A DNA stretch of 35,037 nt, taken from positions 44,370 to 79,406 of the forward strand of contig CBFGJZ010000003.1 in the NCBI GenBank assembly GCA_965649215.1, given 5' to 3'. The notes below the pieces were generated by a model, which saw only the letters and a program-made list of their open reading frames with translations, was not told the origin of the DNA and searched no databases. The stretch comes from a candidate division WOR-3 bacterium (GTDB lineage Bacteria > Hydrothermota > Tepidihabitantia > Tepidihabitantales > CAIPLT01). A program made the translations under genes and the position numbers. How positions within the stretch are numbered: the first letter of the stretch is position 1; each line of letters starts with the position of its first letter. Positions 1-8,352 of the stretch are shown here, in pieces.

Positions 1-23
1 GACAATCTCAAACTACAGAAAAA

Positions 24-58
24 GAGATTTCTTTATCACTTTGTTCCTCGAAACGACA
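24..58 (-). repeat. Degenerate variant copy of the REP-like palindrome family
   Basis: Reverse complement TGTCGTTTCGAGGAACAAAGTGATAAAGAAATCTC aligns with TGTCATTGCGAGGAGCGATAGCGACGAAGCAATCTT (24661-24696). Bases 1-9 (GACAATCTC) look like the end of another unit. Confidence 0.55.
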
Positions 59-83
59 TCTGTAAAAATCTGTGTTCTAAAAT

Positions 84-731
84 ATGCTAAAATCTAAAAT
101 TCTTCTCTTTGATTTAGACGGTACATTGACTGATTCCAAACAAGGTATTATCAACTCCATTCGTTATGCTCTTAATAAAATGAAAACACCTGAAAATAAC
201 ATTAATCTTGAACTGATGATTGGTCCGCCTTTATCTGAGTCATTTGAAAAATATTTCGGTTTGAATAATAAGACTGCCCGCAATGCAGTGGCAATTTATC
301 GGGAATATTATGCAGTCAAAGGTATATTTGAAAACAAAATCTATCCGGGTATTCCTGAATTATTACAAAAACTGAAAAGTTCAGGCAAAACTTTAGTTTG
401 CGTTACATCCAAAGCTGCATATTATGCTGAGCAGATATTAAAACATTTTAATTTAGACCAGTATTTTACTCATTTGGTTGGCAGCAATATGGATTTAACC
501 TGTACGCACAAAATTGAACTAATTAAACTCGCCTTATCCCATTTTCCCGAAAACCACAACTCTGATTTTGTAATGATTGGCGACCGAGCCGACGACATCA
601 TCGGCGCTCGGCACAATAAGATTGCTTCAATTGGTGTTTTATATGGTTATGGCAGTTCCGAAGAAATAAGTAAAGAAAAACCAGATTATATAGTTAAGTC
701 AGTGGAAGAATTGGAGAAGATTTTACTATAA
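84..731 (+). CDS. HAD-superfamily hydrolase (phosphoglycolate phosphatase/5'-nucleotidase-like)
   Basis: Motif I FDLDGTLTDS, motif II VTSK, motif IV MIGDRADD, C-terminal GVLYGYGS; 215 aa. Confidence 0.92.
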   Translation: MLKSKILLFDLDGTLTDSKQGIINSIRYALNKMKTPENNINLELMIGPPLSESFEKYFGLNNKTARNAVAIYREYYAVKGIFENKIYPGIPELLQKLKSSGKTLVCVTSKAAYYAEQILKHFNLDQYFTHLVGSNMDLTCTHKIELIKLALSHFPENHNSDFVMIGDRADDIIGARHNKIASIGVLYGYGSSEEISKEKPDYIVKSVEELEKILL

Positions 732-740
732 ATATTGTAT

Positions 741-1772
741 TTATTTTAGCAGTTTGTCAAATTTCGGTTTCAAGTACCTTATCCATTTATATAAAATATT
801 TATAAGCTCATTAAATTCTTTATTACTTAATTCATTAATTTTTTTACTCGGATATACAACTTTATCAATTTCGCAATAATCTTTATGTGGCACAAACTCT
901 AAATTAGCACCAAAACGTTTTCTCAATCTCATTAAATTATTTTTAATCCACTTTCCTAAAACAGATTCCGATGGCCTACCTGATACACAATAAATATATG
1001 TACTACGCTTACCGACCCCCACGCCTAAAAAATAATCTGCATTTCTATGACTTCCTTCAGCCCAAAATATCCTATTCCATGTGTCAGCAGGGTCAGTGTT
1101 AAAATTTTTGTAATCTCTAGGTAATTTTTCTCGCAACGCAGATTCAACCTTTTCGAAAAACTCATTATATAGAAACTTCTGTGTTGCTGATTTTCGTAAA
1201 GACACACTCGTTGGTGTCAATGACTCTGTAAGAATAAAATACTTATTGTTTTGCTTAAAAAATCTCAATCTCTGAAAATCAATCTTCATGCCTCTTTTAT
1301 TAAGAAAATCAATCTTTTTTCGTAATTCTTCTGACATTTCTTTACCAATTAAAATAGCTCTTACTGATTGATTAAAAGGTGGAACACTTTGTGTGTTAAA
1401 ATATTTTTTAAACTCATTACGAAGTAATTTATACTCACTGTGGGGAAGAGATTTATAGTCTTCAAAAATTTCTTCTAAATCATTTCCTGTTTTTTCACTG
1501 ATATAAGTCATATAGTCTTCAACTTGACTTGTTACTTCACGGTCGGGAATATCTTTTTTTAGTTCAATTACAACACAATTACCATTTTCATCAATTCCTA
1601 AAAGGTCTAAAATCTTACCAGATTCCACATAGTGTTGCCGTGCAATTATTAAAACTTTTTCTTCTAACAACAAATCAGGGTATTTTTCAACAAAATCTTT
1701 TATTTCTTTTTCGCTTAATGTAATATCATCTAAAGATATTGCTTTATAATTATCTACAGTTATCAATTTCAT
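741..1772 (-). CDS. NucS/EndoMS-like PD-(D/E)XK nuclease domain protein with unassigned C-terminal domain
   Basis: EKEIKDFV..YPDLL..IIARQ..ILDLLGIDENGNCVVIELKK..SQVEDY matches the NucS-type catalytic pattern. RBS GAGG at 1781-1784. Confidence 0.75.
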   Translation of the reverse strand: MKLITVDNYKAISLDDITLSEKEIKDFVEKYPDLLLEEKVLIIARQHYVESGKILDLLGIDENGNCVVIELKKDIPDREVTSQVEDYMTYISEKTGNDLEEIFEDYKSLPHSEYKLLRNEFKKYFNTQSVPPFNQSVRAILIGKEMSEELRKKIDFLNKRGMKIDFQRLRFFKQNNKYFILTESLTPTSVSLRKSATQKFLYNEFFEKVESALREKLPRDYKNFNTDPADTWNRIFWAEGSHRNADYFLGVGVGKRSTYIYCVSGRPSESVLGKWIKNNLMRLRKRFGANLEFVPHKDYCEIDKVVYPSKKINELSNKEFNELINILYKWIRYLKPKFDKLLK

Positions 1773-1820
1773 AGTTATTTCCTCACATTCTTAATCTTAA
1801 TATCATTACTAATTAATTAA

Positions 1821-1848
1821 AGTTTATTAATAATGTTATAGCTGTCAA
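1821..1848 (-). promoter_or_regulatory. Sigma70-type promoter of the nuclease gene
   Basis: TTGACA (1848-1843), 16 nt spacer, TAAACT (1826-1821). Confidence 0.5.
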
Positions 1849-2129
1849 GGTATACTTCCTGTTTTTAATCTTTAAAATTATTCAATTGTTGTAAATATGC
1901 TTATCATATCCATGGTTTTAAAAAAAGTTATCAATTTATACAAACAAGATTAATTTTGTAGTATCTTCAATGATTTTTATCTCACCTTTAACGAACCGCC
2001 ACCGATAGAAAATCAATCTCCTAATGCGAATTAAGTTGTGGACATAACCAAGAACATATTTTTCTTGCGAGAAGGCAAAGAACATAGCTTTTTTTGTCGA
2101 GCTCAGCGTATTTTGCAGTTAATCTTTAC

Positions 2130-2666
2130 TTATTTGGTTACGACTTCGGCATTGCCGAACACGACATCCATTTTAATTAACAAGTAATCTTTAGTATCTG
2201 TTTGTTTCAAAGCATCTGTTTTATAAGTATAATCACCAAATGCAGTCATATTGCCATCGGGTAATCGAGCACTACCAAATACAGATGAGGCTCTAATTTT
2301 AATCGGTTGTGAAGGATTAACCTTAATGGTTGCACTTCCGAATACAATATTAATATCAACTTTGGTAACGCCTGATTTTAGTTCAATCCCGCTTAGGTCA
2401 ATTAGACTTTTTCCAAAAACAACATCATATTTGTTCTCAGCTGGTGTACCCTCAATGTTCCGCTCTTCAAAAATTATGGTTTTCGGTCTTCGGCAACATG
2501 TCGCACCACTGATTATCCGAATACCCAAATAAATCAATAAAAGACCAATGATTAAAGAAAAGATCGGAATATTTATACCAAAGATTACGCGAATCAAAAT
2601 TAAGATTCCAATGATAATTATAAGTACACCCCAAAAAACTCCACTTGTTAAACAACCCATTTTCAT
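2130..2666 (-). CDS. LiaF-like membrane protein (cell-wall-active antibiotic response domain)
   Basis: N-terminal TM helices FWGVLIIIIG..LLLIYLGIRII, then repeated VVFG..IDL / IVFG / SVFG / VVFG motifs. RBS AAGGAG. Confidence 0.8.
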   Translation of the reverse strand: MKMGCLTSGVFWGVLIIIIGILILIRVIFGINIPIFSLIIGLLLIYLGIRIISGATCCRRPKTIIFEERNIEGTPAENKYDVVFGKSLIDLSGIELKSGVTKVDINIVFGSATIKVNPSQPIKIRASSVFGSARLPDGNMTAFGDYTYKTDALKQTDTKDYLLIKMDVVFGNAEVVTK

Positions 2667-2699
2667 ATGTCTCCTTTCTGGATATAAGTTGCTAATAAC

Positions 2700-2728
2700 A
2701 TCTTAAGGCAAAATTTTCGCATTGTCAA
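2700..2728 (-). promoter_or_regulatory. Sigma70-type promoter of the LiaF-like gene
   Basis: TTGACA (2728-2723), 17 nt spacer, TAAGAT (2705-2700). Confidence 0.7.
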
Positions 2729-2835
2729 TTTAGATATCATTATGATATTTTACTCTATCAGTAAGATTAACTCATAAGTGTCTACAATGACCAATTTTTA
2801 GTGTGTATTTAAAGAATTAGGATTATGAAAATTCC

Positions 2836-3075
2836 CAGTGTCTTACCTGACCTTGCTGGTTACATAATAGCTAATCTCACAAGTAAAATACTTAGTTAAC
2901 TACCCGCAAATGTACTATCTCACTTACTAAACGACTATATAGTTCACCTAATAGGTGAGCCAGGGGACTGCCTATTATGCAACCAACCAGCACACCTACC
3001 TCACTACCTACCAGCTCAATTACTAATCAACTTATAAAACAACCTAATCAGTAACTTAATAACTTAGATGCACCC
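2836..3075 (+). repeat. Degenerate 12-nt-period tandem array, copy 1
   Basis: In-phase units from 2848: tgaccttgctgg, ttacataatagc, taatctcacaag ... tcacctaatagg, tgagccagggga, ctgcctattatg, caaccaaccagc, acacctacctca, ctacctaccagc ... caacctaatcag, taacttaataac. Confidence 0.7.
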
Positions 3076-3138
3076 CCGAGTTAACCAACCTGCTTCTTTA
3101 AAGTTTCCAATCAAAAAATCTCTTTTATAAAATAATCA

Positions 3139-3167
3139 TTGACAAATTAAGATATTTATGATATTAT
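3139..3167 (+). promoter_or_regulatory. Sigma70-type promoter with extended -10, upstream of the RRM gene leader
   Basis: TTGACA (3139-3144), 17 nt spacer, TATTAT (3162-3167), TG at 3159-3160. Confidence 0.8.
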
Positions 3168-3171
3168 TTAA

Positions 3172-3425
3172 TGTGCAATAGTATTCAAAAGGGATAGTTG
3201 CACACTTTGCTCTTAAAATCGAAGAAGTCTTACTGAAAGTTTTCGAGGAGAGATTCCCAAAGCTACAAGTAAGTCCGAGTAAAGAAGTAGCATAAGTAAA
3301 ATTAACCGCAATGGTTAATTGCCCTTGAGAACTTTCTTGCCCTTTATACCGAGTCAGTGGTAAGAAAGCGAATAAAAACGACTCGATGAAATCCGGTTTT
3401 AAATAACAGGATTTAGGAGTAAACA
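3172..3425 (+). ncRNA. Putative structured cis-regulatory 5' leader of the RRM gene (family unassigned)
   Basis: Consecutive stems 3172-3178/3198-3204, 3205-3212/3277-3284, 3300-3307/3313-3320, 3332-3341/3359-3368, pseudoknot pairing 3350-3355/3380-3385, and a hairpin at 3389-3414 abutting AGGAG. Confidence 0.6.
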
Positions 3426-3734
3426 ATGAGTAAACTCTATGTCGGGAATCTACCGTTTTCAACAACGGATAGTGACCTTAACACAATGTTTGCCAAACAT
3501 GGCAACGTGACATCGGTAAATATAATTACTGATAAATATACCAACCGTTCACGCGGTTTTGCATTTGTCGAAATGGAAAGCGAAGAAGCTGCTCAAAAGG
3601 CGATTGCGGAATTAAATAATACCGAAGTTGATGGTCGAAAGATCGTCGTTAACATGGCCCGCCCCCAAGAAACACGCACGGAACGCACTTTTACAAAACG
3701 CAATGATCGATCGCATAAACCTCGTCGGTGGTAA
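3426..3734 (+). CDS. RRM (RNP-1) RNA-binding protein
   Basis: RNP-2 LYVGNL and RNP-1 RGFAFVEM. RBS AGGAG at 3415-3419. Confidence 0.95.
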   Translation: MSKLYVGNLPFSTTDSDLNTMFAKHGNVTSVNIITDKYTNRSRGFAFVEMESEEAAQKAIAELNNTEVDGRKIVVNMARPQETRTERTFTKRNDRSHKPRRW

Positions 3735-3749
3735 TAATTAACCACTCAC

Positions 3750-3779
3750 AAAAAGCGGTCTTTTAAAGACCGCTTTTTT
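3750..3779. terminator. Bidirectional intrinsic terminator
   Basis: AAAAAGCGGTCTTT-T-AAAGACCGCTTTTTT between convergent genes. Confidence 0.9.
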
Positions 3780-3794
3780 ATTTATAACAAATCT

Positions 3795-5162
3795 TTAGTT
3801 TAGAACAATAATTTTTCTATTTAATAATTGATGCTTTTGTAAAGTATTAATAACTAAAAAATACACACCCGCCTGCTTGATTGGATGCTTAAAATTATGT
3901 TCCCCACATGGTAAATAACCTCGAAAAATATTAGCCTGTAAATTACCATTAATATCAAATATATTGATTTCTATAGGCTGAATTTCTTTTATCCAAACAT
4001 TTAATTCTATATTATGTTTAGAAATTGATGCTACTGATAAGGGATTGATAAAAGAGCCATTTTGAGCCGACTCAGTGAGCGAAACTGTATTACTATATTT
4101 AATCGTAAGAATATCATAATCCGACCCGTTAAATGAATAGCCCGTTACAATTAAATTGGCCGAGTTGTCAATTGCAATATCCATCGCACAATCATCAAAA
4201 TCGCGATTATATCTTCTCGACCATACCGTATCCCCATAATGTCGAAATTTCACGGTTAGATAATCTACATCAGTAATGTTACCAGAACTACCGGTAACAA
4301 CAATGTCACCCCGACTATCCACAACCAATCCATAAATATCTTCATTCATAGAAGATGCTAATTGTTTTGTCCAGAGTAAGTTACCGCTGCCGCTATATTT
4401 AATAATGCGATATCGGTGTCCATTGTTTCCACCCGAACTTCCACCAACGACAATATTACCTGTGGGGTCTACCTGTACGCTACTGCTAATATCATTTTGG
4501 CTTGAGTCAAAATACCGTGTCCAAAGAATATTACCCTGTGGTGAATATTTGATAACCACAATATCATTTATATCCGTTACTCCCAAATAACCACTTATCA
4601 CAATATTACCACTTGCATCTAATGCAATGTCTGTTCCATAATCATCAAGTACTGTGGCAAAAGTACGAGTCCAGATCGTATCCCCATTACTATTATATTT
4701 TACTACTAACAAATCGCTCTCAATACCGTTGGAGATATAACCCACTAAATAAATATTATTTGCATTATCACAGACAACTGCTTCGCTGTTTGTCATTAAT
4801 GCTTTACGTAGCGTCTTAGTCCAAATCAAACTTCCGCTCGAACTAATCTTCCTTAATAGTAATATTGTTGAATCTTGTTTGTGTAAATTGCCACAGACAA
4901 TAAGATAATGATTAGCATCTAAGGCAATCGAGCTTACCCAATCATCGCTACCACTGCTTAATCTCCTCGTCCAAACCGTATCACCATTAGTATTATACTT
5001 AATTATTAGAAATTCGCCTTGATTTTGAAGATAAGTACCTGCCACATAATAATAACTACCATCAACGACTACTGCGGCCGATAATTCATCTACTCCCCGA
5101 TTATAAATTTTACTCCAAATAATATTTTGGGCACAACAAGCACTTAGCAAAACGGCCAACAA
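3795..5162 (-). CDS. Secreted beta-propeller (SBBP-like repeat) protein with C-terminal sorting-domain-like tail; true start uncertain
   Basis: About 7 repeats of IAxDxxGNIxVxG..DxLxxKYxxxGDTxWTR. Tail IFDINGN..GVYFL..KIIVLN. Hydrophobic N-terminus. Confidence 0.8.
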   Translation of the reverse strand: MLAVLLSACCAQNIIWSKIYNRGVDELSAAVVVDGSYYYVAGTYLQNQGEFLIIKYNTNGDTVWTRRLSSGSDDWVSSIALDANHYLIVCGNLHKQDSTILLLRKISSSGSLIWTKTLRKALMTNSEAVVCDNANNIYLVGYISNGIESDLLVVKYNSNGDTIWTRTFATVLDDYGTDIALDASGNIVISGYLGVTDINDIVVIKYSPQGNILWTRYFDSSQNDISSSVQVDPTGNIVVGGSSGGNNGHRYRIIKYSGSGNLLWTKQLASSMNEDIYGLVVDSRGDIVVTGSSGNITDVDYLTVKFRHYGDTVWSRRYNRDFDDCAMDIAIDNSANLIVTGYSFNGSDYDILTIKYSNTVSLTESAQNGSFINPLSVASISKHNIELNVWIKEIQPIEINIFDINGNLQANIFRGYLPCGEHNFKHPIKQAGVYFLVINTLQKHQLLNRKIIVLN

Positions 5163-5166
5163 AGAG

Positions 5167-5196
5167 AGCCCAGCCCCAAAAAATTGGGGCTGGGCT
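5167..5196 (-). terminator. Strong hairpin (terminator, attenuator or stabiliser) after the 5219-6136 gene
   Basis: AGCCCAGCCCCA-AAAAAT-TGGGGCTGGGCT perfect 12-bp stem, followed on the minus strand by CTCTTTGTT. Confidence 0.7.
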
Positions 5197-5218
5197 TTGC
5201 GTATGGTTAGGATAGGGA

Positions 5219-6136
5219 TTAGGGTTGTCGTGGTTGTAATGCAAAATCAATCCCAGATGTAGTTTGATTTTCTACTACTACTACTGGGTTTGAATAATTC
5301 ATTGGCATATAGCCCATTGCTGATGCAGTTACTTGATAACTTCCCGGGATAAGATTCATAATCGTATAAGTTCCATCAACGCCAGTTCTTGCCATGCCGC
5401 CACAATTTCCACCCGTAAGACAAGCATGGACAACTGCATTGGCAATTGGTTGTTGAGTAACTGCATTAATAACCATACCAGAAATCGCACCTGTCCCTTG
5501 CGGTGGTGGAGGCGGAGTTGTACAAGGCACTAAAGCAAAATTAATACCGCTCACTGCCCCACCAACTTCTAAAATAACTGGGTCAGGATAAACTTGAGCT
5601 TGATAACCTTGCTTATGAGCCGCAACGCGATAAGTGCCAGCTCGAAGATTTGTGATTGTATAACTACCATCAGCACCAGTCACTGCTCGTTGAACAAATC
5701 GTCGAGTGCGGGCAATTACAATCGCGCCGGCAATTGGCTCATTAGTATTAGCATCAGTCACAACACCAGAAATCGTGCCTGGATTTGGTGGTGGATTACT
5801 AGAACGCGGGGCTAAAGCAAAATTAATATTTGTGGTAGTTTGGCCAGCGACAACTGCAACTGATTCGGGATATCGAAAACTTCGATAATTACGAGCATGT
5901 CCAACTACAATATAATTACCTTCAACTAAGTTTTCAATTATATAATAGCCGTTAGAGTCTGTAATTGCTCTTCCGCCGCACATATTATTTGCGGGCATAT
6001 AAGCGGTTACCATTGCATTGAAAATTGGAGCGCCCGAAACTGAATCTGTTACGATTCCTGATATTGCACCAGTTGTTTGTGCAAATATCGTTGTTGCTAT
6101 TGCAATTCCAAAAAGAATCGCAAATAGTTTTTTCAT
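5219..6136 (-). CDS. Secreted protein with three carboxypeptidase-regulatory-like (Cna-B/prealbumin-fold) domains
   Basis: Three repeats GxISGxVxD..PIxxAxV..TxxDGxYxIxNLxxGxY..INFAL with Pro-rich linkers. Start moved to ATG 6136 because of RBS GGAGGTG at 6147-6141 and signal peptide MKKLFAILFG. Confidence 0.85.
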   Translation of the reverse strand: MKKLFAILFGIAIATTIFAQTTGAISGIVTDSVSGAPIFNAMVTAYMPANNMCGGRAITDSNGYYIIENLVEGNYIVVGHARNYRSFRYPESVAVVAGQTTTNINFALAPRSSNPPPNPGTISGVVTDANTNEPIAGAIVIARTRRFVQRAVTGADGSYTITNLRAGTYRVAAHKQGYQAQVYPDPVILEVGGAVSGINFALVPCTTPPPPPQGTGAISGMVINAVTQQPIANAVVHACLTGGNCGGMARTGVDGTYTIMNLIPGSYQVTASAMGYMPMNYSNPVVVVENQTTSGIDFALQPRQP

Positions 6137-6228
6137 ATAACACCTCCGTATTGTATTTTTATCTTTATGCGATAATTTAATCCATAAAGACTTTGTATTT
6201 ATCAGCTTCATATTCATCTTTATTAGAC

Positions 6229-6245
6229 AGCAAAACCTATGCCAA
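6229..6245 (-). promoter_or_regulatory. Sigma54 (-24/-12) promoter
   Basis: TTGGCATAGGTTTTGCT: GG at 6243-6242, exactly 10 nt, GC at 6231-6230. Confidence 0.85.
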
Positions 6246-6342
6246 AGTTCAATATAAATTTATAACCCATTGAATGTTATTGAGTTATTTTTTGATTGTC
6301 TTTACAAACTCTTAATAGAAAGCTTATAAGGCAATAATATAT

Positions 6343-6368
6343 TTGCATTATGGTGCAATTTTTTGCAC
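6343..6368. promoter_or_regulatory. Candidate enhancer (UAS) for the local bEBP
   Basis: TTGCATTATGGTGCAATTTTTTGCAC: three TGCA at 10-bp spacing forming overlapping palindromes, 100-125 bp upstream of the -24 element. Confidence 0.65.
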
Positions 6369-6374
6369 AAACAT

Positions 6375-7106
6375 TCAATCGCTTAATGTGATATTAAGAT
6401 AATTTATTAACCAAATACTAACACTCGAAATACAAAATCCTAATCGCACTTGATACCAAAATGCATAATTTTGATAATACTTATCAATATCTGTTTGGTT
6501 GCGAGCATCTAAATATTGTTTGTGGGCAGCATTCGTTAATATGTGGGAAACCACTAAACCAACAAGTGATGCGGTTTCGCTACCAATAAAAATATAGCCC
6601 AATGTCTTTTTATTATCATAAAGTTGTCCTAAACCAGGATACATCAATGAGCGCAGTGCCTTTTGTTTTATCGTCTTATCTCTTGCACCTATTAGGTCAC
6701 GCGGTGTATAAATTGATTTTGCAGTAAATGTATCACTCTTTGTTCGTTTACTCTCTTCAAAAATTTCAATAATTTTGGGGGAGACAAATTTGGGATCTAA
6801 ATCTAAATTTGGTTTTAAAATCAAAAGGTAACGAAATGCATTTAAGGCATCCTCTCGGCGTGATAAAGCAACATATGCAAAAGCTTGATAGGTATACAAC
6901 CTTACTAATAAAGATTCTGCAAGATTGGATCTACTTTGTAAAATCTTCTCCACATTATCGACAACTTGAAGATACTGTCCTTGATTATATAAAAATTCAA
7001 CCTTAAAAACTAAACTATCTAAATCCTCACTAAAAACCTTATTACCAATAAGTAAGATAAGACTTATGATTATAAATATTTTGATTCTATTAATTTTATT
7101 ATCCAC
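6375..7106 (-). CDS. Exported TPR-like protein with hydrophobic C-terminal region (possible membrane or outer-membrane anchor)
   Basis: Signal peptide, TPR-like helices LYNQGQY..AFAYVAL..ALNAFRYLL..LDPKFVSPKI, and C-terminal ALRSLMYPGLGQLY motif. GTG start overlaps the upstream TAG. Confidence 0.7.
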   Translation of the reverse strand: MDNKINRIKIFIIISLILLIGNKVFSEDLDSLVFKVEFLYNQGQYLQVVDNVEKILQSRSNLAESLLVRLYTYQAFAYVALSRREDALNAFRYLLILKPNLDLDPKFVSPKIIEIFEESKRTKSDTFTAKSIYTPRDLIGARDKTIKQKALRSLMYPGLGQLYDNKKTLGYIFIGSETASLVGLVVSHILTNAAHKQYLDARNQTDIDKYYQNYAFWYQVRLGFCISSVSIWLINYLNITLSD

Positions 7107-8323
7107 TATCTAACCAGAACTTTTTGACAGATTCGTTTTTGATTATCTATCGTTATTTGTAAAAAATAAACACCTGGTTTAACACGCCTATTTGTCTTAT
7201 CTCTTCCATCCCAAATAATAGAATTACGATGCATAAGTTCTGCATTGGCAAATCTCTTAATTAAATTCCCCGTAATATCATAAATATCCATTTTTTCAAT
7301 TTTATAAGATGATAAGTTATAATAAATTTTTGTATAAAAAGAGAATGGATTCGGCAATACTTTAATTAATAAATTATTAATATTTTCATAACCGATCTCT
7401 GCTATTCCACTGCTCGTTAATTGTTCTACTGTTGGTGTTGGCATGCCATTACGTAACAGCCCACCTATCACATATATGTTATTATTTATCACAACCGCAC
7501 AAGCATACGAACGAGCAATATTAATTGAATCAGTTAAAAACCAGGAATTATTGTCAATATTAAAGACATCCACTCGACTATACACATTACGCGGTCCATG
7601 TCGTTCTCCACCAATTACATAAATCCGATTCTGAAAACCAACACATGCAGTACCGGTTCGACCAAAAGGAATTGGCGCACGCATCTGCCAGGAATCCAAT
7701 AATGGTGAATATTCTTCCACTTGATTAAGATAATTAAAGAACAAACCACTAATAGCATACAAATGATTCCGATAAACAGTTGCCCCAAAATCAACCCGAG
7801 CTTGGTTCAAACTCTGCCGATTAAACCAACTATCCCGACTCACCCAATAAACTTCTACCATATCTGTGTAAGTAGAAGTATTCGACAAATAGCCACCGCA
7901 CACATAAATGCTATCTTCAATCACACCACCATTATAACCAGTCCTTCGCGAAGGTAGCCTTCTCTTGCGTTGCCATTGATTTGTTTGAGGATCATAAACT
8001 TCAACCGTCTCCACTGGCATATTGCGAGCACTTACTCCACCCACCACATATATCTTATTATTTACCACACCGCAGACACCTAATCCTCTTGGAGTTGGCA
8101 TTGGTGCTCTTGCGACCCAAGTGTCTAATACAGGATTATACTCTTCGACATAATTCACTACAGTATTATTATTAATTAATCCACCTATCACATAAATCCG
8201 GTCATTAACTACAGCTGCCATTGCACCATAACGAGCATGGGGCATTGGTCTTTTAATAACCCATTGTGCTAATGCTAAGTTAATTAGAAATAAAAATATA
8301 AAAATCAACTTTGATCTATTCAT
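7106..8323 (-). CDS. Secreted Kelch-repeat protein with FlgD-Ig/T9SS-like C-terminal domain
   Basis: Six Kelch repeats (IYVIGG..VExY.P..W). Tail PNPF..IYDITG..WDGRD..GVYFL. Start moved to ATG 8323 because the 8353 'start' lies in a sigma54 promoter. Confidence 0.88.
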   Translation of the reverse strand: MNRSKLIFIFLFLINLALAQWVIKRPMPHARYGAMAAVVNDRIYVIGGLINNNTVVNYVEEYNPVLDTWVARAPMPTPRGLGVCGVVNNKIYVVGGVSARNMPVETVEVYDPQTNQWQRKRRLPSRRTGYNGGVIEDSIYVCGGYLSNTSTYTDMVEVYWVSRDSWFNRQSLNQARVDFGATVYRNHLYAISGLFFNYLNQVEEYSPLLDSWQMRAPIPFGRTGTACVGFQNRIYVIGGERHGPRNVYSRVDVFNIDNNSWFLTDSINIARSYACAVVINNNIYVIGGLLRNGMPTPTVEQLTSSGIAEIGYENINNLLIKVLPNPFSFYTKIYYNLSSYKIEKMDIYDITGNLIKRFANAELMHRNSIIWDGRDKTNRRVKPGVYFLQITIDNQKRICQKVLVR

Positions 8324-8336
8324 ATTATTAATATAC

Positions 8337-8352
8337 TGCAAATATCGTGCCA
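8337..8352 (-). promoter_or_regulatory. Sigma54 (-24/-12) promoter
   Basis: TGGCACGATATTTGCA matches consensus TGGCAC-N5-TTGCA. GG at 8351-8350, GC at 8339-8338. Confidence 0.85.

Noticed and set aside
1-90. Open frame 1-90 as the tail of an upstream gene
   Set aside because: It overlaps REP-like relics and shows no protein-like signal; it cannot be supported without upstream sequence.
1936-2085. 49-codon minus-strand ORF (MFFAFSQ..) and an AAGAACATA direct repeat
   Set aside because: Short, no RBS, no recognisable homology, and compatible with chance in AT-rich DNA.
3136-3465. 109-aa minus-strand ORF
   Set aside because: It is antisense to the RRM promoter, leader and start, with no recognisable motif.
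6137-6217. N-terminal extension of the 5219-6217 ORF
   Set aside because: A strong SD and signal peptide point to ATG 6136, and the extension coincides with the sigma54 leader.
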